A stretch of 63,172 bases of DNA, the filler included, from Lenisia limosa (lineage: Eukaryota > Protista > Breviatea): assembly GCA_001655205.1 (NCBI GenBank). It is 12 parts of 12 records of this genome, joined end to end, with 100 filler letters (N's around TTAATTAATTAA, not from the genome) between each part and the next. Parts side by side here need not be neighbours in the genome. Positions count along the whole stretch, not along the records: positions 33,181 to 42,830 come from LPNZ01003183.1; positions 42,931 to 53,924 come from LPNZ01009640.1; 10 more parts are not named here. One strand, 5' to 3'. Below are positions 39,201 through 51,900 of the stretch, piece by piece (positions within the stretch are counted from its first letter, which is position 1; the number at the start of each line of letters is the position of its first letter). The notes below the pieces were generated by a model, which worked only from the letters and a program-made list of their open reading frames with translations, was not told where the DNA came from and did no database searches. A program made the position numbers and the translations under genes.

Positions 39201-40359
39201 CGACCATACCATTTTGAGTGAGAACACCATTCCAGTAAAACGAGAATTAAAAAGATGGCGTCCAACTAACCACTTTCCTAAAGAATGAGCTATCGCCAGC
39301 TTTATTCTACTTGGGGAATTTTCCGTCTTTGTGGAGAAGGCCCATTTTTACCAACCGGGACCGGAAACGCTTCGACAAGGGAACAACTTCAGAAGAGGCG
39401 TCAGATTTTCCGAACAAACTGTTTCCCTTTGAAGACTTGCAACAAGAATCAGCCTTGACCCAGAGGAAATCGGCTCAGAGACGACTGAGAAAGACCCAAG
39501 TTCAATCTAGCAAGACATGAGAAACACGAGCGAATAGATGCCTAATTTTCCACAACGATGAACACGTTTCGAAACATACCCCAGAGAGTGAAGAGCATAT
39601 GAGACTACTTGCCTGGTTGAGGGCTAAAACTAAGTCTGCACTATGCGGCTGCCCCTATAATGTAAAGAATGAGACACAAAACCCCCGTTATCGCTTCATT
39701 TATACAGTTTCACACCTTTGGAACGGCTCTCACGAATCCTCCATGAGGAAAGGCGTCTGGCTGTGTTCCCCACGAATGCCCAAGCCAAACTCCTAGACGT
39801 GTCATGTCATAGTTGTAATTACGTATCAAAGACAGAACCATTAAATATTGTATTCCCAAAAAAGAAGAACCCAATTAATCATTGGAATAACACAAGAGAT
39901 TCAAGATGAAAATAGAAGTATATCAACAATATTAAAAAAAAGAACTGCTGTTAGAATTGTTCAATTTTCAAAGAACTTCTCATCCAGCTGATCAAACCAA
40001 ACCTTGAGCTAGGGAAATGGTCAGTTCAGTGAGGTTGCTATTTGTCAAAATGTCGAGGGCGGAAGCAGGGAATATGTCCACTGTTTTGCCTGATAGAATA
40101 TAAATCAAAATATCAAAATGAAAATGGACCAACTTTTGGTGGGAAAAGTCCAAACTTCAGTTTCAACATGGATCAAAACTAAAAGTATTTGGTGAGGAAT
40201 TCAACATAGAAATGAAACCAAACCGAATCCTACTATGGTCAAAGTGAACATACCTGAACCATCTCTGAGTTGTTTGATAAAAATATTCTCATTGGCGGTA
40301 TCAGCATGGGCAAAGACTGCCACAAAGAAGAGGGCAAAGCTTAAGAGCCACGACTCCAT
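36292..40359 (-). CDS. PIGT: GPI transamidase subunit PIG-T/Gpi16
   Basis: Signal peptide MESWLLSFALFFVAVFAHA; DIFPASALDILTNSNLTELTISLAQG; FMALPWF; HIWIEGHPPDASRG; VELPLPDFS|MPFNVLALTCTAFGLHYG (PIG-T pattern PDFSMPYNV). Confidence 0.87.
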
Positions 40360-40620
40360 AGTCGAGGAGCGAAGATTTCTCTCTCCAAACAATAGCTTTT
40401 ACTTTCCGTCACCTTTCCGCACCTTTGTGCAGCTCTTTTGCTGATAAGGAGGAGTGAAGGAACGGCGGAGAACGGCAGCGACCAAAAGAGTATATACGGT
40501 CGCGGGCTCTCCTTTTATGTTTTGGATTTTTCGAAATCTACCTCTCTTCAAAACAGGTCCAAAAGGGGCTAAAGAGCTAAAGAGTAGACGATTTCATCCG
40601 GCGAGAACTCCTCTTGCAAA
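40360..40620. promoter_or_regulatory. Probable bidirectional promoter region between PIG-T and TM9SF1
   Basis: The two start codons diverge 261 bp apart. Confidence 0.6.
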
Positions 40621-42830
40621 ATGAAACTTTCTTTACTGTTTTTCTTCTTGGTGAGCCTCTCCACGGTACTTGCCGATGCCAAATTCAAATATGAAGTCGG
40701 AGACAAAGTTGATGTCATGGTTTCCAAAGTTGGACCTTACGCCAACCCCTCTGAGACATATAGGTTAGACTCTTTCCCCTTTTCCCCCACTTACCCTGAA
40801 TAGATTCTACTCTTTGCCGTACTGTCGTCCTGACAGTATCCACCGTCAAGCAGAGACTTTGGGAGAGGTTTTAGAAGGGGACCGTATTGCCGGCTCTCTC
40901 TACGACATTCATTTCAGAAGTATGCTTTTATCTGGTCTCGTTTTTTCTTGAAAAACTAGACTCAAGCCACCTTCTGTTGTGAATTCTTAGATAATCTCAA
41001 ACTTTTAGAGAACGTTGAGTGGGAGACCCTCTGTAAGAAAACCCTCAAGAAGACTGATATTGAGAGGCTCTATTCTGCCGTTGAAGAGTACTACTACTTC
41101 GAAATGCTATTTGGTACTGAGGGTTGGGAGATGTGTAGACATAGGAATTACTGGCATATTCTTGAAATGAAATTAGACTAATTTACCTTGAATGCGACTG
41201 ATTTCTCAGATGATCTTCCAATGTGGAATTTTGTCGGTATTCAGGAGGTGTCATCGTTCCAGCTCCTTCCTTCTGCCTTCATCTTCACCCATCACCATTT
41301 TAATATTTCTTACAATGAAAACAGAGTAAGATGGTATTATATTCTCCCAATTTATAAATATACACTATTCCCTGATCTTCAAGGTTGTCGGGGTCAGTGT
41401 TATGACGTCTCCTTTCCATGTCATGGAGCTTGATATGACGAGTAAGCAATTGATATATACTATATAGATATATATATAATATATATATACGTATATCTAT
41501 ATAATGTATACTATATCATATAGAGGGGGTAAGGGGTAGGGGAGGTCCGAGAGCAATTGTATACTATATATACGGTAATAATTTCCGTATTTTTCGGTAT
41601 TACATTGAAAAGACTGAAGGAAGTTGTCAGTGAACCTCTGACTGTTGACGAAGCTTCGTTGAACATCTTTCAAGCAGATAACTTGTCTCTTCTAACGTCT
41701 GTATATGATTTATTTTGCTATTATTTTTTTGAAAATTTCACCACTGTTTTTCATAAAACGTATAAAAAAAGGGGGGGTGGGGTTGAGCCAAAAAAAGGTA
41801 TATTATATAATACTATATATAGTATATATATATCATATAATATAGTATATGATATACAAATATAAATATATATGACGATGACCCTAGGTTGCTTCACTTT
41901 TGCTTTTTCCTCTACTTTGTCTCACACAAGTGTAGAAGAATCACAGGAAGTTAGCTTCACCTATTCCGTGTCTTGGAACCCCTCCACGGTCTCCTTCTCC
42001 GATCGTCACAGTTCGTACACGCGTATCGCTTTCTTCCCAAGGTACGCCTAAATGTATATTATATAATACACACATGCAAACCATGTCGATATGATATTTT
42101 AGTACATATTACTACATAGTATTATACATATTATCAAATGATACTCAATATATGATATCATACTATTATAGATGAAGACCCTTTACATCAAGATGTTTTT
42201 TTTTACTTGTTTAGGGAGATTGAGATCCACTGGCTCTCGATTATGAACAGTTTCATTCTGATGTTGATGCTTGTGAGCTTTTTGGCATTTGCAATGGCGC
42301 GCTTCATTAAGAAGGACTTTTCACGCTACGCCACCACTTTGGATGATGATGAAGGTGCAAAAATAATCCTTGTCATCCGTTTTTCGTGGTGCACCTCTTA
42401 CATCTGTAGCTGATTTGGATGAATTTGGATGGAAGTTGCTTCATGGTGACGTTTTCCGTTTTCCTTGTTACCCCTCTCTCTTCTCGTCCTTAATCGGAGT
42501 AGGATGGGTCACAATCAGCTGTTCTAGTGACCTGTGCTAAATTTCATTAATGAACTGTAGCACCCTTACTATGTTTTGTTGGTTTCAAGACCTTATCTCT
42601 TTCCCTGTCTGTTTTGTTGCTTTTTTGTTTCATATATTTTCCAATTTTGCGAGCCTTTTTGGCTCAAGGATTCATCATATAATCTATGACTTAAACTTTT
42701 TCGTGTTTTGTTTGCTGGAACCAGTTGTTTGTCCTGAGTGTTAGTTTTGATGCCGCGTTTTCCACATCACTGGATTTTGTTCACCTCGCTACAAATGATA
42801 CTATGTGCGTTTTGAATAGTATTTCGCTCT
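40621..42830 (+). CDS. TM9SF1: Nonaspanin TM9SF1/EMP70 family protein (3'-truncated at contig end)
   Basis: Signal peptide; [13 protein letters not shown]; LPYCRPD; LGEVLEGDR; YYYFEML..DDLPMW; [11 protein letters not shown]; KKDFSRY; [16 protein letters not shown]. Confidence 0.92.
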
Positions 42831-42959
42831 NNNNNNNNNNNNNNNNNNNNNNNNNNNNNNNNNNNNNNNNNNNNTTAATTAATTAANNNNNNNNNNNNNN
42901 NNNNNNNNNNNNNNNNNNNNNNNNNNNNNNAAAAAAAAAAAAAAAAAAAAAAAAGCCAT

Positions 42960-45900
42960 GAACGCGTGATGAAATAACAGAAACATTGCATCAGCATGAA
43001 GGTCATACAAGAAGAACCGCAAAGGAGTACAAAACTGTAATGAATGCCCGAAACATGACTGTGGTGTACAAAACAACAAGAAAGCTCCAGACATTACTGT
43101 GGTAGTACAACAAAGACAATAACACCCTCACCCACACCTCAATGTTCTGAACAACTTGGCAATTTACGCAAGGATGTGAAAGAGGGGTAAAAAATTTAAC
43201 AATATCAGAGGTAGAAATGAGAAATAAAACCATGGCCTCGGTTGGAGCAATGGGTGGAAAGAGCAGAATGTGTTAATATCAAATTTCGATGAAGAATATT
43301 AGCGTAAAGGTACTGCGAACCGAATAATATGAAACTCCCAACAAAAACCACAACAANNNNNNNNNNNNNNNNNNNNNNNNNNNNNNNNNNNNNNNNNNNN
43401 NNNNNNNNNNNNNNNNNNNNNNNNNNNNNNNNNNNNNNNNNNNNNNNNNNNNNNNNNNNNNNNNNNNNNNNNNNNNNNNNNNNNNNNNNNNNNNNNNNNN
43501 NNNNNNNTTGCCACCCCCTTATCACAACTCTGCCCTAAGCTTCACTTCGGTTCAAAACAAAGTCTGAAAATTATCGATATTTTACAGGTATTTTTCGAAC
43601 CGAAGTGAAGCCCTACTCTGTCCCCCCCCCACCAGGCTTATACTCCTTGGCGGAAATTCGCGGCTGTAAGAGGGAGGTGAAGTCGCGGTTGTTGCCTGTT
43701 CGGTAATGCTGGGGTGGGGGGTAACATTGGAAAATTAATGAAACAAAATAAGCCCAAATCAACTCTGTTAGCTGATAACACACGAGGGTTGATAACAAAA
43801 CAAACAAAGCCNNNNNNNNNNNNNNNNNNNNNNNNNNNNNNNNNNNNNNNNNNNNNNNNNNNNNNNNNNNNNNNNNNNNNNNNNNNNNNNNNNNNNNNNN
43901 NNNNNNNNNNNCTCGAAAATTCCTCGAAAACTATCGATAATTTGCAGGCGAACTGAAATCCTAGGTGGAAGAGTGCTGAAAGAAATAGTGCTGGGGGGAG
44001 GGGTGGTGAAACAATTAAACTGTTACCCCTCAAAAATAATAAAAACAGTGTGATCTTCCAGAACACAGTCTCTCCACCCACATACACATCAGAGAAACAC
44101 AAAATATCATAAAAAAAAGGGAGAAGGTACACTCCAAGTGCATAAGTAAGAAGATGGGGTATCATCCCCCCCCCCCCCNNNNNNNNNNNNNNNNNNNNNN
44201 NNNNNNNNNNNNNNNNNNNNNNNNNNNNNNNNNNNNNNNNNNNNNNNNNNNNNNNNNNNNNNNNNNNNNNNNNNNNNNNNNNNNNNNNNNNNNNNNNNNN
44301 NNNNNNNNNNNNNNNNNNNNNNNNGGTACAAATTAAAACACCCACAGAAAACGACACTCTGACATAACTCCCTCCCCCCACTGAAAATAATATGATAAAC
44401 CACCCAACTCACACAGTCGTCCGACCCGAACACAAAGGACAGCCGAACAGCCTCCTCCTCCGACTCCATGCCCCTCGGCTGAGTTTCAATGTTTACCTAG
44501 CGGGAATGGTGTCAGCTCTTTGATAATGAATGTCCAACATGGAAATAAAAAAAAAAAGCGCCAAGGGTGGGCAAAAAATAAGGACAATATTGCTGTGGGG
44601 CGTTCAAAGAGAGAGAGAGAGAGAGAGAGAGAGTAAATAATTTATATTGTTGTTTTATCTAGTGTCCTGCATAGGAAGTAATAGGTGGGGCTTCAATGCG
44701 GTAGATTTTGGGAATTTATCGAATTATTGTTTTCTTATTTCAAACCGAAGTGGAGGATGGATGATATTGGAGATTTAACAAATTAATAACTAATCAAAAC
44801 AGACTTTCCGCTCCACAGCGTAATAAATATTCAGCAAAACAAAATAAAATGAGACACTGAAAAATTGAAGAGTTTTCGGCAGAAGCCGTCCACACATAAC
44901 GTTAAACAGTGACAACAGATTTGACTTTGAAATCTGTGAACACCGGAGAAATCTACTCCGATATATTAAGTGTCAAAACACCCCCCCCCCCACTCACTTC
45001 TCCAACTGTATTGACGAATCGCACGGGTTTCGATAAAACGCTGTTAGTCACGGGCTCTCTGGATGGTGTTAAATTTAGAGACTTTGAATACGGAAGGGAA
45101 GGGGAGATGTCTGAAAGTAAGAACGGCTGAATACTGAAGAATACTGAAGGGAAGGGGAAGGATTTTGATAGGTTTAAATATATTTGGAGGGGGCGGCGGA
45201 GGTTTAATGGGATACAAATGTATACAGTTGGGTTTTGAGAAATGTTGAAATTTTTTTTCGAGAGTGGGGGGGGGGTGAGAGTGTTAGTGAAGAACGGTTT
45301 ACTCATGATATTAAAGAATTTCAACGCGGTGAAGGAGGGACAAAAAGGAGAACTGCTTTTTGGTGGTTCGGGAATTCCCTTTTCTGATTTAGAGTACGTA
45401 GGGCTCCGTGCAATTAATTTTTTGAGGAAATTGATTGACTAAATTAGAAATTAAAGTGTCTATGTCACATGTAAAATCTTGGAATAAATTTTCCAATTAA
45501 TTGAACGGAGCCCTTATAATCTACGAATCACCATTTGATTGATTTCATCATACAGTGAAGTATTGTGATCTAGGGTCACACTAAACTAAGAACTACTTCT
45601 TTGAACTTTCATATAATATATCAGAGGTCTTGTTATAGATAATCGTTGAACTCCACAACCCACTGCTGTAGAGAGGCTTCAAAAACGTCTTTGAGGGAGG
45701 AGGGAATATTCAGTATCGCTGACGGGGTGAGGAAATGTCCGATTCAAGTCCACTCAAAAACCATTGGGAAGGAAGGAAGCCTTTGGAACCGTCGGTATGG
45801 TTATTTGTTTATGGTATCCCTATGTATTTAATTGTTTCATTGCAGGTATTATTCTTGCTAGGGCTTCCTTTGGTCTGTATACAACAATTTTCCTATGAAA

Positions 45901-48900
45901 TGGTATATAATTATAACTCAGCCTTTTTCATTTTAACTGGTAAATCACAGTCCAGTACCGGCAGTGTTATTGGACTTATGACTTGAAAAAACTGCTCGAT
46001 ACCATCCTGAAGGGCCTCCCTAGAAAAATGTTAATCAGGTCATGTTAAAGTCACTAAATATAATCTAGGAATAGCACTAACAACTCACCAGGGTAGTCTG
46101 AACATTATTAGAACGTTATATTACAATCAGACCGGAATTTTGGCACTTAAACGCCGTATTATTACGACTAAAGAAGCAAAACTCCCGGTTCCAGTTTTCG
46201 TTGCGATTTACCAGAACCGAAAACGAAAGTGAAGTTTTAACCACAACCAACCAAAAGAGCAGTTTTAACCACAACCAACCGGTGTAGTTGGCATGACCAG
46301 TCCGGTACCGTCCAAATCAGTGATAGCAAATGTTGGGTCAAGCGTTACCCCAGCTTCAAGGTTAAAAATAAGACAATCAAGATGGTGAGAGTGATGATGA
46401 CTTTTGAATGGGGGTGTATGACGTGGGGGGGGGGGGGGGNNNNNNNNNNNNNNNNNNNNNNNNNNNNNNNNNNNNNNNNNNNNNNNNNNNNNNNNNNNNN
46501 NNNNNNNNNNNNNNNNNNNNNNNNNNNNNNNNNNNNNNNNNNNCACTACCTAGCTAATTATATGTATAATTAGGGCTTCACTTCGGTTCGAAAAAAAGAA
46601 AATCCTCGAAAACTATCGATATTTCACCAGTCTTTTTCGAACCGAAGTGAAGCCCAAAGTATAATCTTATCCCGATTCAGTTCCGGTCATTATGGATTAA
46701 GTGAAGATTTGGTTGATCGAGTTTTTATAAAAAAAATTATCAACCAGAGCTTCCCAAGGATCAGTTTGGTTGGTGTATATGCCGATATTTAACGAGAGAG
46801 ATTATCCAGAATTTTCGAAGTTTTTTGTGGACTGAAAAAGACTGGTAAGTTCTCGATAGTTTTCGTGGATTTATCGAAAAATTCAGTCTTTTTGAACCGA
46901 AGTGAAGCCCTGGACTGAAGGGATGCCCTGGGCTTACCATCAGAATAGCTGCTACAGGGCTGCACACAGGCCACCACGACATCAGACTGAAATTGCGTCA
47001 TCAGAATCATGCCCGATGAGACTAAGGGGTAAGGCGAAGGGTTGAGTGATTGATTGTAGAGTAACACAGCTAATGGGAGGGGGAGGGGAGGGGGGGAAGG
47101 CGATTACAAAAACAGACCCCACTTTCGGAAGACGTAGCTGAGTGGAAAGCCCCTCGTTCCAGAGAAACTGAAAGCAAACACTTGATACACTCCTAGACGA
47201 GGTTAGACCTAGTCTTGACCGATTTGCAATGTGATTTCCCAAGAAAAACCGGTCAGGACTTATCCCGGTCACTGTATGTGAAATTGGTTCTTTATACACT
47301 CACACAAATCAGACGATGTTTGCGATTCTTAGAAGGGAATATGATTCAGATGAGTAATTACATATTGTTCTGGCAATAATGCTGACCTGGCAGTACTTGC
47401 GGGCGGAAATAAAGTTGACATTGACAGAAGCACCTCCTATGGAAGACCCAGTCTAAATAAGGGTCACAAAATAGCAGGTTATAAATAATAGAAACGCATA
47501 TCGCTCATATCTGTGTTTCTAAAATAAAACATAGGTTAAAAATAGAGGGTCTAGTCTCAACAAAATGCTAGATATAGTTGATGCACACAAAAAGGTGCAA
47601 ATGATTTTCTGTTTATTATGGCAAAATATACAATAATGAAGACAACTCAATAAACTTTGTACAAAAAAACAATGTAAAAAAAAAAAAAAAATTACAAGCT
47701 TCCACAGACTATCCGGTCTAATATAAGCAATATAAGCAACAGAGATATTAATAATAATAATATAATATCATATAACATTGTGAAAGCCTCTCCATATCCA
47801 CTATGATTATTCATTATTATATCTCACATTGCTAAAAGCCTCGAGGTTATAAGGGGGGCGGTCATGGGACAGGGCATAGCCGTGGAGAGCCGGGGTGGTC
47901 TGCAACTGAGCTACTTGGGCTGGGTGGTAAGGGTTGGTAAAAAAAGATGACAAAAGAACCGAAGTAACACCCTAGTAAGGGGGGGGGGGGATCTCAGCTG
48001 GTTTATCCAAAAACCAACAGTTTGAATTAAGCGCCAGCGTCGTAATTTCGCGTGACACCTCAACAACAAAAGAACTCCAGAGGCACGTCGTGGGTACCCC
48101 CAGAATGCGATATCCTATTTTGAACTGGAATGTGAGATTTCTATTTCAGAACTGGACTGTTGTATATCTAAATTTTGAGAGAAATATGGAGCCATTATGT
48201 GCGAAATATTGAACCATTATTAGGTATCAGCATCAACTGAACAACTAGATTTCTAATTTTGACTGAATTATGGTGGGAAAGTCTAATTTCGACTTAATGC
48301 AAGGCAGTAAGAGGATTCAATGAGGAAAACCATCTCTTCACTTTTGAAAGCATAAAAAGGAAGAAAAAAAAAACTTAACATACTGCACTATTTAGAATAG
48401 TAACATGATGTAGAATCCCTTAAAAGTAGAAACAAAACTTGCCTTATGAATACCCCCCCCCCCACTGTCCCAGGTCTTCCCGCGTCCACTCGTAAGTCCA
48501 CGAAAATGGCTTCGTTGTTGTCATTGACTTCTGCAATGTTCCCCTGAAGAACGTCTGAGGTATGGTAATTTGTAAATGTTGTTTCCCCAGATTTTTAACG
48601 TATAAACTATTTCTATTGTTCAAAAAAAAAAAACGCCTGGAATGAGTGTTGTTTCATCCAAGGTTAGTGAGTGTTTGTGTGCGTGAGTGAAAAATTGCTT
48701 GTGTGAGTGGGTGTATGTGCATAAATTGTGTGTGTATATCATATGTTTATATTACATGTACATAGACGTGTGTGAGAGGTTTCTGTAATAAAATTTGAGT
48801 CCAACACCATCCACATGGGTGTGGCGGGTGAGAGTCTGTACAGAAATAGGATTTCTCAACCCTGACAATAGGTCCCCTCGCCCCCCCCCCAAACTAGACA

Positions 48901-51900
48901 TTCCGGGAACAAACGCCTCGATTTGGATTCGACACTCCGTTGAGGGGCATTCAACTACGAAGTTAATAGGAAATGAAAGGATGTTGAATAGGCTGCTGTT
49001 GTTGGGTGGGAGGAAGCTATGTGTCTACTGTGGAGATTGATAACATGTTGACCCATATTCACTAGTGATGTGATCATTTTCCCTAGTTTCAAGTCGAAAT
49101 GGTGAAGACAACAAGATGGTTCATCGTATCAGTAAATACATTCAAAAACAAAAACAACCAAAATCATATCACGTTAAAGGAGATAGGCTTAAAAAATAAC
49201 AACAACAAAAAAAATATTGAGAGGATTGATTAAAAACTATATAAAAGAACAACAAAAAATATGAAAAACAATAAAAAAAACAAATAAAAACAAAAATAAT
49301 GAAAATAATAATAACCATCCTACAGTTGGGGAGGCCTGACACTAAGACCTGCGGTTGTTCAGCCAGACGAACGCCAGGGCTGCCATATCTAAGGGGTTAT
49401 GGTGGAGGTTTGAGGAGGTAGAGAGGAATTCAAGTCATGGGTAAATCAAAAAGAGCCTACAATAACTAAGGACTGTAAGGAGTTGGTAGGTGGTTGATTG
49501 TCATAACTAAGGGGAGACAAAGTCGACATTTTAACGAAAGAAAGGGGAGGGTGGTTTAAGAGGTAAACCCAAATTCGAGCGAAGGAAAGGGGGGACAAAA
49601 AAGAACAATGGTTGCTTGGACTGTCACGACTGCGGAGTTGGGAGTAAGTGGCGGAGGGAGGAGGAGCGGATTGGAGTAAATTGTATTGGTAAATTCGAAA
49701 NNNNNNNNNNNNNNNNNNNNNNNNNNNNNNNNNNNNNNNNNNNNNNNNNNNNNNNNNNNNNNNNNNNNNNNTAGAACGCCATATGATATCTGATTGAAGT
49801 GTAAGGGGGAATTCGAGTGAAGGAAGTTGGAATTTGAGAGGAATTTTGGGAAAGAAATAAGAGGATGGGGGTAAAATTGGAATTATTGTTTCAAAAAGCC
49901 CAAAATCAACTTTGTTGACAAGCAACACACCAGGGTTGAGAACAACAACAACAACAAAAAAGGGGCCCAGGCCAGTCGCTTCGGTAGCAGCATCTTTGAG
50001 TGATGGAAAGGGATAGGGATATAGTCATACCCTCCCACCTTGAAGCATGTTTGACCATAGTTAGCTGGAGGTTCGAGACGGGTGAGAAGGTGGTTTCCTG
50101 AAATGGATAAATATTAAAAATTCCTTTTTGGATAAAAATTACAAGAACGATTCGGACAATTAAATGATTTTATAGATTTATTATTGATTCAAGAGCCAAA
50201 AAAGGATGGCAAAATCTGGAATGACGGAGAAAATGTACTCGCATGACCCCCCTCCCCATAACTNNNNNNNNNNNNNNNNNNNNNNNNNNNNNNNNNNNNN
50301 NNNNNNNNNNNNNNNNNNNNNNNNNNNNNNNNNNNNNNNNNNNNNNNNNNNNNNNNNNNNNNNNNNNNNNNNNNNNNNNNNNNNNNNNNNNNNNNNNNNN
50401 NNNNNNNNNNATGGTCAAAAATTTCAAAAATGGTTAAAAACACTTCAATATGGCAACTTATTCAACAAAACATTCTAAGCAGAACTAAATAGAAAGGCAG
50501 TTGAAAAAAATTCAAAAATGTCAAACACATATTTCTCAAACAAATGAAAGATATGAGAAGTTGATAAAGCGCAGTAACAGGTTTAGTGTAAATATAACAT
50601 CTTGAAAGAAATAGAAAGGCAAGAGTTATAATTTTTCAAAATACTTTTATAAAGATAAAGCCCCCCCGACCCCCTTCAATTTCGAGATAAACAGCCCTTT
50701 GTTGGCTTGAAGAATGAATATGAAGGGTGATAGCATCATCAAGAAATTTTGAAAATCGTGAGAGTGGCTCAGTTTTCCCATTTCTCAATATGGACGATCA
50801 GTGATCCGTCATTCTTACATTAATTAGGCACCCACAACCTTGGTTGAAGTGTCAGCATAAAGGAGTCGCAGACTACCGGATGAGGTTGTTCCGTTTTCAT
50901 TTGAAATGAGGGTCGAGGGATAAACCTTACATGGTAGGTATCTNNNNNNNNNNNNNNNNNNNNNNNNNNNNNNNNNNNNNNNNNNNNNNNNNNNNNNNNN
51001 NNNNNNNNNNNNNNNNNNNNNNNNNNNNNNNNAATGACGAAACAAACCTGTCCATATAGCTCTCAACAGAGCGGCAGAAGACGGAAAGAGAGGCCTTGGG
51101 AATCCCGTTGGGCTAAATGGTGATACCGAAGTAATGGTGGTTTGGGGAACAGCCGGCAAGATAATTTCATAGTTTCACCGTTAGAGTAATTCTTGAAGAT
51201 CATGAATTGATTTCCCAAGTAAAAATATTGAAATACAACTAAGGGAATAAATATAATTGTAGAGGCATTGATAAAATGGTTAGAGATGAAAAATCAAACT
51301 GATACGCAGATTTGACTTCTCAAAAACAGACATGCCAGATCTTTATGATCCTAGTTTCAAAAGAGACTGTACTGCAAAATAATAATAATAATACTTTCCG
51401 CTTACATAATGGCCAGCTGAGATTTTGAACGAAGGTAAATGGATCGAATCGCCTACAGCAATTGTTGACTTTTCCTGAAAACAGTAAAAGTCAAGAATAC
51501 CTAACTGCACAATCCCACTCTATCTGTTCAGAAAAATACCACTTTTATCACTTTTCTTGTTTTACTACAGACGTTACCACCCCTTTTTAGATGAGCCCAT
51601 ACCTCCCAAGTGTGGCCGTCTGCGAGGGTCGCTCTATGTCCGGATTGCTCAACGTATATTGAAAATGGCGACCTGGGGGGGGGGGATGCAATGAGAAGTG
51701 TGGAGAACTTGTGGAGGGAAAAAGGGGACAAGTAATAAAATTGGGGGAAGAATGTTGAAAAAAAAAGGTTAACCCATATCCTCCAGTGATATGAACTCGC
51801 GGTTAATATCGGTAGTTTTCGAAGATTTAACGATACGAANNNNNNNNNNNNNNNNNNNNNNNNNNNNNNNNNNNNNNNNNNNNNNNNNNNNNNNNNNNNN

